Below, one piece after another: positions 27,659-32,000 of a DNA stretch of 32,000 bases. The DNA lies in assembly GCF_000619845.1 (NCBI RefSeq), contig NZ_JHUX01000004.1:210001-242000 (forward strand), in the 5' to 3' direction. Made by a program: the position numbers and the translations under genes. This stretch comes from Alkanindiges illinoisensis DSM 15370. Lineage in GTDB: Bacteria; Pseudomonadota; Gammaproteobacteria; Pseudomonadales; Moraxellaceae. Numbering within the stretch: position 1 is the stretch's first letter; the number at the start of each line of letters is the position of its first letter. The notes below the pieces were generated by a model that was not told where the DNA came from, did not search any database, and was given only the letters and a program-made list of their open reading frames with translations.

Positions 27659-28095
27659 TGGATAATCCGCTACAAAATGTCATGGGCTTTGACTTTGGCA
27701 CTCAGAAAATGGGCATGGCTATTGGCAACAGCCTAACCGGAACGGGGCAGCCGCTGCCGCTGTTTCCAATGCGTGATGGTATTCCCGACTGGGACAAGCT
27801 GGAACAGATTATTGCCCAATGGCAACCGGACTTGTGTGTGGTTGGGTTGCCGCTCAATATGGATGATAGCGAGTCTGAATTGTCTGCACGTGCGCGCAAG
27901 TTCGCCCGCCGTTTAAAGCACCGAATTAACAAGCCAGTCTGGATGCTGGATGAGCGGCTGACTACTCGCGAGGCCCGTCATACTCTGATGTCTTACCAGC
28001 AACAGGGCCATGCTAAAAAAACCAGTGCCGATAGTCTGGCTGCTGTAATGCTCATTGAAAGCTGGTTTAGGGAATCTGTGGGTATTGCACCTTAA
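27658..28095 (+). CDS. ruvX: Holliday-junction-resolvase-like putative pre-16S rRNA nuclease RuvX (YqgF)
   Basis: MGFDFGTQKMGMAIG...PDLCVVGLPLNMDDSES...LDERLTTREA. The ATG at 27658 overlaps the yqgE stop (TGATG). The yqgE-ruvX pairing is conserved. Confidence 0.9.
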   Translation: MDNPLQNVMGFDFGTQKMGMAIGNSLTGTGQPLPLFPMRDGIPDWDKLEQIIAQWQPDLCVVGLPLNMDDSESELSARARKFARRLKHRINKPVWMLDERLTTREARHTLMSYQQQGHAKKTSADSLAAVMLIESWFRESVGIAP

Positions 28096-28303
28096 TTTTT
28101 TCATGCTCACTGTACGTTAATCTTTCTTCAAGCTGTTGCCTCTAAATATTATTAAAATTAAAACAATGAGGTGCGCCTGCTTTGTTATCGCTCCGTGTTT
28201 ACTTTTTTATCGCTTTTCGCAACTTCTTCTGGTTTTATCTTGAGCCATTGCAAGCTGGTCGCCTACACTGAATCTGTCTTTTTAAACTGCTGATTTTTTC
28301 TTT

Positions 28304-30100
28304 ATGACTCTCTGGCAGCTTTTCCAGAAGCTTAGGCCTTTTGTGCGTCCTTATCGTACTTTGGTGATTGCTACCCTGATTCTGACCCTGATTGGTTCAC
28401 TCACTGCCCAGGTGAATGCACTCACGCTGCAATATGCAGTCGACAGTATTAATCATCTGATCAAGGCAGGACAGGGTCTGGCGCAAGGCTGGCATATTTT
28501 AATCACCATTAGTGCCGTGTTGCTGATCAAGGAAGTGCTCAATGCGCTGGTACAATTTGGCCAGAAATTTTATGGCGAACGCTTGCGGATTATGGTGTCA
28601 CAGGATCTGGCACAAAATATTATTGAAAAATTTCTTACCTATCGCCTGACCTTTTTTACCGAAGATGACAATCAGGCCGGCAAGCTGCAAACCCGGATTG
28701 ACCGCGGCATTGGCTCGCTCACCCGGCTGGTGCAAATCTTTTTTATTGATATTTTGCCGTTGTTTACTAGTGCTATCGTTGCATTGGGTTTAATGTTTTA
28801 TGCCAATGTCTGGGTGGGAACTGTTGCGCTAGCCATTGTACCGGTGTATTTCTGGCTCACCTATGTTCAGGCACAAAAACTGGGCGGCTGGCGACGCAAA
28901 CTGCGGCAGGGCCGTGAGCAAAAAAGTCAGGGTATCCTCAGCATCATCAATTCCATCACCGTGATTAAATCCTTTAATCGTGAAAACATCGAAGCCGATA
29001 AACAGCTGGGCCTGCAAAAGGACTTAACGCAAAACCAGATGCAAACCCGGCAAACCAGCTTTTTGTTTGATGGGCTAAAAACCTTTATCGAACAAATTGG
29101 CGTGGTGCTGATTATTATCCTGACCGCCTATTTTGTGCTGAACCGGCAAATGAGCATTGGCATGATCATGTATCACGTGTTGCTGTTTAATAATGTGTCC
29201 GCGCCGATTCGCCAGTTGCACCGGATTTATGATGAAATCAATGATGCCATGATTTATTCGGAAAGCTTTTTTACCATTCTGGAGGCAGATCAGGAAATTG
29301 AACCCACGGGCCAGCAAAAACCTGTTATTCGGGGGAAATTTGAACTCAAGCAGGTGGACTTTCATTATCCCAATGGCCACCATGCGCTTAAAGACATTAG
29401 CATGACTATTCGGCCCAACAAGATTACCGCGCTGGTGGGCTTGTCTGGCGCTGGCAAAACCACGCTGATTAGCCTGCTGGATAAATTTTATCTGGCCAAT
29501 TCTGGCAGCATTTTGCTGGATGGGGTGGATTTAAAAGACATGGACACCGCTTACCTGCGTGACCATATTGGGTTGGTGCTACAAAAAAACCATATCTTTC
29601 AGGGGACGATTGAAGAAAATATCCGCTACGGCAAGATGAATGCCAGCATGGCAGAAATTGTTGAAGCGGCACAACAGGCGTCAATTCACGAGCAAATTAT
29701 GGCACTGGAAAAAGGTTATGCTTCTGATGCGTTGCTTCTTTCCGGTGGCCAGCAACAGCGCATTGCCATTGCCCGCATGTTCTTAAAAAACCCGCCGATT
29801 ATTTTTCTGGATGAACCCACCGCCAGTCTGGATGCCATTGCCACCGAGCAAATCAAGCACAGCCTTGACCAGATCAAGCAAGGCCGCACGGTGGTGATTA
29901 TTTCGCACAGCTTATCGCAGATTATTGATGCCGATTATACATATGTGATGAAAGAAGGGCGCATTGTCGAGCATGGCGAACATCATGCCCTGTATAAAAA
30001 CTCGCACGTGTATAAGGAAATTTTTGATGCCATGGCCAAAAGCCTGAATATTGAAAAAATTGCCAGAACACTTAGTCCCGCTGAAGAAGTGAAAAACTAG
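28304..30100 (+). CDS. ABC transporter permease/ATP-binding fusion protein (ABCB/MsbA-like exporter half-transporter)
   Basis: 598 aa with six N-terminal TM helices. The NBD carries Walker [10 protein letters not shown], the signature [13 protein letters not shown], Walker [13 protein letters not shown] and an H-loop (ISHS). Substrate unknown. Confidence 0.88.
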   Translation: MTLWQLFQKLRPFVRPYRTLVIATLILTLIGSLTAQVNALTLQYAVDSINHLIKAGQGLAQGWHILITISAVLLIKEVLNALVQFGQKFYGERLRIMVSQDLAQNIIEKFLTYRLTFFTEDDNQAGKLQTRIDRGIGSLTRLVQIFFIDILPLFTSAIVALGLMFYANVWVGTVALAIVPVYFWLTYVQAQKLGGWRRKLRQGREQKSQGILSIINSITVIKSFNRENIEADKQLGLQKDLTQNQMQTRQTSFLFDGLKTFIEQIGVVLIIILTAYFVLNRQMSIGMIMYHVLLFNNVSAPIRQLHRIYDEINDAMIYSESFFTILEADQEIEPTGQQKPVIRGKFELKQVDFHYPNGHHALKDISMTIRPNKITALVGLSGAGKTTLISLLDKFYLANSGSILLDGVDLKDMDTAYLRDHIGLVLQKNHIFQGTIEENIRYGKMNASMAEIVEAAQQASIHEQIMALEKGYASDALLLSGGQQQRIAIARMFLKNPPIIFLDEPTASLDAIATEQIKHSLDQIKQGRTVVIISHSLSQIIDADYTYVMKEGRIVEHGEHHALYKNSHVYKEIFDAMAKSLNIEKIARTLSPAEEVKN

Positions 30101-30121
30101 GATCTATTTTTATTTGTCATT

Positions 30122-30150
30122 AAAAAACCCTGACCATGCAGGGTTTTTTT
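30122..30150. terminator. bidirectional rho-independent terminator (ABC exporter + / pgsA -)
   Basis: A6-CCCTG-accatg-CAGGG-T7, with symmetric A and T runs. Confidence 0.8.
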
Positions 30151-30164
30151 ATTAATCCAATGGA

Positions 30165-30749
30165 TTAAGGCTGCTTTAAATACGGCCACGCGGCACGCAA
30201 ATAAATAATCATTGACCACAGGGTTAAAATCACCGCGGTATATAACAAAATATACGCTGCTGGCTCAATGGCTTTCCAGTTGAGCAAAAACACGCTAATG
30301 GCAATCATTTGAAAGGCGGTTTTATATTTGCCCACGGTAGACACCGCCACACTGGTACGTGCGCCCAGTTCAGCCATCCATTCCCGCAAGGCGGATACAG
30401 TAATTTCACGCGAAATAATTACAATGGCGGCAAAGGCCATGCTAATGGTGGGCTGCCATTGCACCAGCACAATCAGTGCCGCAGCGACCATCAGCTTATC
30501 CGCCACGGGGTCGAGAAAGCGGCCAAAGGCAGAGGTCTGGTTTAAGACCCGGGCCAAATAACCATCCAGCCAGTCCGTCACAGCCGCCAGAATGAACAGG
30601 CTGGTCAGGATAATATGCCGTGTCCAGCTTCCTTCATGCCCATATACCCCAATGGCAGGTGGCCAATAGGCAATCAGCAAAAAAACAGGAATCAGTGCAA
30701 TCCGTGCAATGGTTAGAATATTGGGAATGTTTAAAATCGTTCCTGCCAT
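30165..30749 (-). CDS. pgsA: CDP-diacylglycerol--glycerol-3-phosphate 3-phosphatidyltransferase
   Basis: NIPNILTIARIALIP and the CDP-alcohol phosphotransferase motif DWLDGYLAR...G.FLDPVADK. The start is placed at ATG 30747-30749 (MAGTILNIPN...); the track start at 30782 is a GTG extension. Confidence 0.9.
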   Translation of the reverse strand: MAGTILNIPNILTIARIALIPVFLLIAYWPPAIGVYGHEGSWTRHIILTSLFILAAVTDWLDGYLARVLNQTSAFGRFLDPVADKLMVAAALIVLVQWQPTISMAFAAIVIISREITVSALREWMAELGARTSVAVSTVGKYKTAFQMIAISVFLLNWKAIEPAAYILLYTAVILTLWSMIIYLRAAWPYLKQP

Positions 30750-31015
30750 AGAAAAATCCACTAGAAGGAATAAGGAATTCACCGCATCATATCATGAGCG
30801 AGGGTCAGTGGCGATTGAGAATCGCCACCCGAGCGCAAGATGAGAGCTAGGCTCGAATAGCGAGGAATGAACTGCATTGCCGTGCAAGAAATCAACTTCA
30901 TCTTTCGAACAAAACACGATTAAAGTGTTTTGGCCCTTTATCTATCCAAGCAAACCACTAAACCCCACGCTCAAACCGCAGAAATCACTAAAAAACTCTG
31001 ACTCAACGCTTATCC

Positions 31016-31813
31016 TTAAATAAACACCGTCACCGTTTGACGACTTAATGCCACCAGCTTGCCTTGTGCATCCCAGATTTTGGCTTGTGTATAGGCATAG
31101 CCATCGCCTGCAAATTCAGTGTTGACCTGATACTGCCACCAGCTATCCCCGCTGGCCTGGGCTGGCAACTGGATCAGCTCAAGGTTCCAGCTCAGTGAAC
31201 TGGCGGGTGCCACGCGGTTGTACATCGGCAATACTGAGGGTGGCCACATGTCGCCCAGCACAAATAAATGCGGTAGATTAATTTTTGCCACTTGCTCAGT
31301 GGGTTTTAAGCGCATCCAGCCGCCAAAATCCGGCTGCTTTGACCCGGTAAACGGCATCTGGCCTTCGGCCCACATTGCATCAAAATGCTGAAAAAACTCC
31401 GGTGTCATGCCGGGAATAAATGGCAAAGGCTGGCATTGTTCCGGCGCCTTAAACACCGGTGCATCATGACTACCCGGCAAATCAATCATTGATTCACGTC
31501 CCGCGCCAAAGCTAGCGACCAGCACGGATTGTACCTGCCCTTCCTGTAATAGCTGTACCTGAATGCTGGTAACCGATTTACCCGTGCGTAATACCTGTGC
31601 ATTCAAGTGGGCAGTACCCGGTGCCACTGGGCCAATAAAACTGACAAACGCAGAACGCAAGACCTTGGTAGTGTCATTCACCAGTTGTTCGGCATGCGCC
31701 ACCATCAGGCCAGCCACCAGTCCGCCAAACAAAGCACGCCCCTGGCCCCAGCTTTCAGGAATAGAAATTTCCTGCTGTTGTGCGGCATTTGCCAGTAATT
31801 GATCCAGTTGCAT
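31016..31813 (-). CDS. acyl-CoA thioesterase (TesB-like double hot-dog family)
   Basis: About 266 aa from ATG 31811-31813 (MQLDQLLANAA..., SD GGAG upstream). GQGRALFGGLVAGLMV and a second hot-dog half ending ...GYAYTQAKIWDAQGKLVALSRQTVTVF are typical of thioesterase-II-like proteins. The track start at 31906 adds 31 unlikely residues. Confidence 0.7.
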   Translation of the reverse strand: MQLDQLLANAAQQQEISIPESWGQGRALFGGLVAGLMVAHAEQLVNDTTKVLRSAFVSFIGPVAPGTAHLNAQVLRTGKSVTSIQVQLLQEGQVQSVLVASFGAGRESMIDLPGSHDAPVFKAPEQCQPLPFIPGMTPEFFQHFDAMWAEGQMPFTGSKQPDFGGWMRLKPTEQVAKINLPHLFVLGDMWPPSVLPMYNRVAPASSLSWNLELIQLPAQASGDSWWQYQVNTEFAGDGYAYTQAKIWDAQGKLVALSRQTVTVFI

Positions 31814-32000
31814 GGTGCTCTCCAGTTTCTTCAAGAAATACAAACGCGCCTGAGCCTGCTCATGAGCGCACTCAAGTGAGTTCCTTTTTAGGCAAAAGTA
31901 ATGCATTTCTATAGCAAAAAATATGACCTAAACGTTCAGGCTTTTTTAAAAAACTGCCACACGCTGACCTGTTTTAAGCTTGTTATTTTATTAAACCCGT

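Noticed and set aside
28166-28243. 25-codon hydrophobic mini-ORF (MRCACFVIAPCLLFYRFSQLLLVLS) in the leader of the ABC exporter
   Set aside because: There is no Shine-Dalgarno, the region is T-rich where such frames arise by chance, and I could not draw a terminator/antiterminator alternative. A leader peptide is not supported.

Overview
The window looks like ordinary core chromosome of a gammaproteobacterium. Gene order and protein sequences suggest Moraxellaceae/Acinetobacter-like, but that is inference only. Coding density is high and I see no mobile elements, CRISPR arrays, integrases or recognisable defence genes. The minus strand carries a long translation and housekeeping array at 7.8-16.7 kb: tpiA-secG-tRNA-Leu(GAG)-tRNA-fMet-rimP-nusA-infB-rbfA-truB. 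The plus strand carries the type IV pilus biogenesis block pilB-pilC-pilD-coaE at 17.7-22.2 kb. The rest are housekeeping genes: a small keto/hydroxy-acid enzyme cluster (beta-hydroxyacid dehydrogenase, hydroxypyruvate-isomerase-like, tautomerase, FAH/YcgM), a SulP anion transporter, the ibpA-type small heat-shock gene, a DMT transporter, rlmB, ppnP, yjbQ, recN, yqgE/algH, ruvX, an ABCB-type exporter, pgsA and an acyl-CoA thioesterase. I found no convincing multi-gene novel system. The least-explained locus is an overlapping two-gene module at 3465-4350. It encodes a YcxB-like membrane protein and a small tail-anchored protein that copies the GTPase-contacting helix-turn-helix of the ribosomal protein L7/L12 C-terminal domain. 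Other items worth a second look are a secreted 449-aa protein with two SRPBCC-like halves, a sigma32-type promoter plus ROSE-like RNA thermometer ahead of ibpA, an initiator tRNA with a U1xU72 acceptor mismatch instead of the usual C1xA72, and two tandem terminators between that tRNA and rimP-nusA. All family calls come from reading the translated ORFs and recognising motifs. No database search was run.
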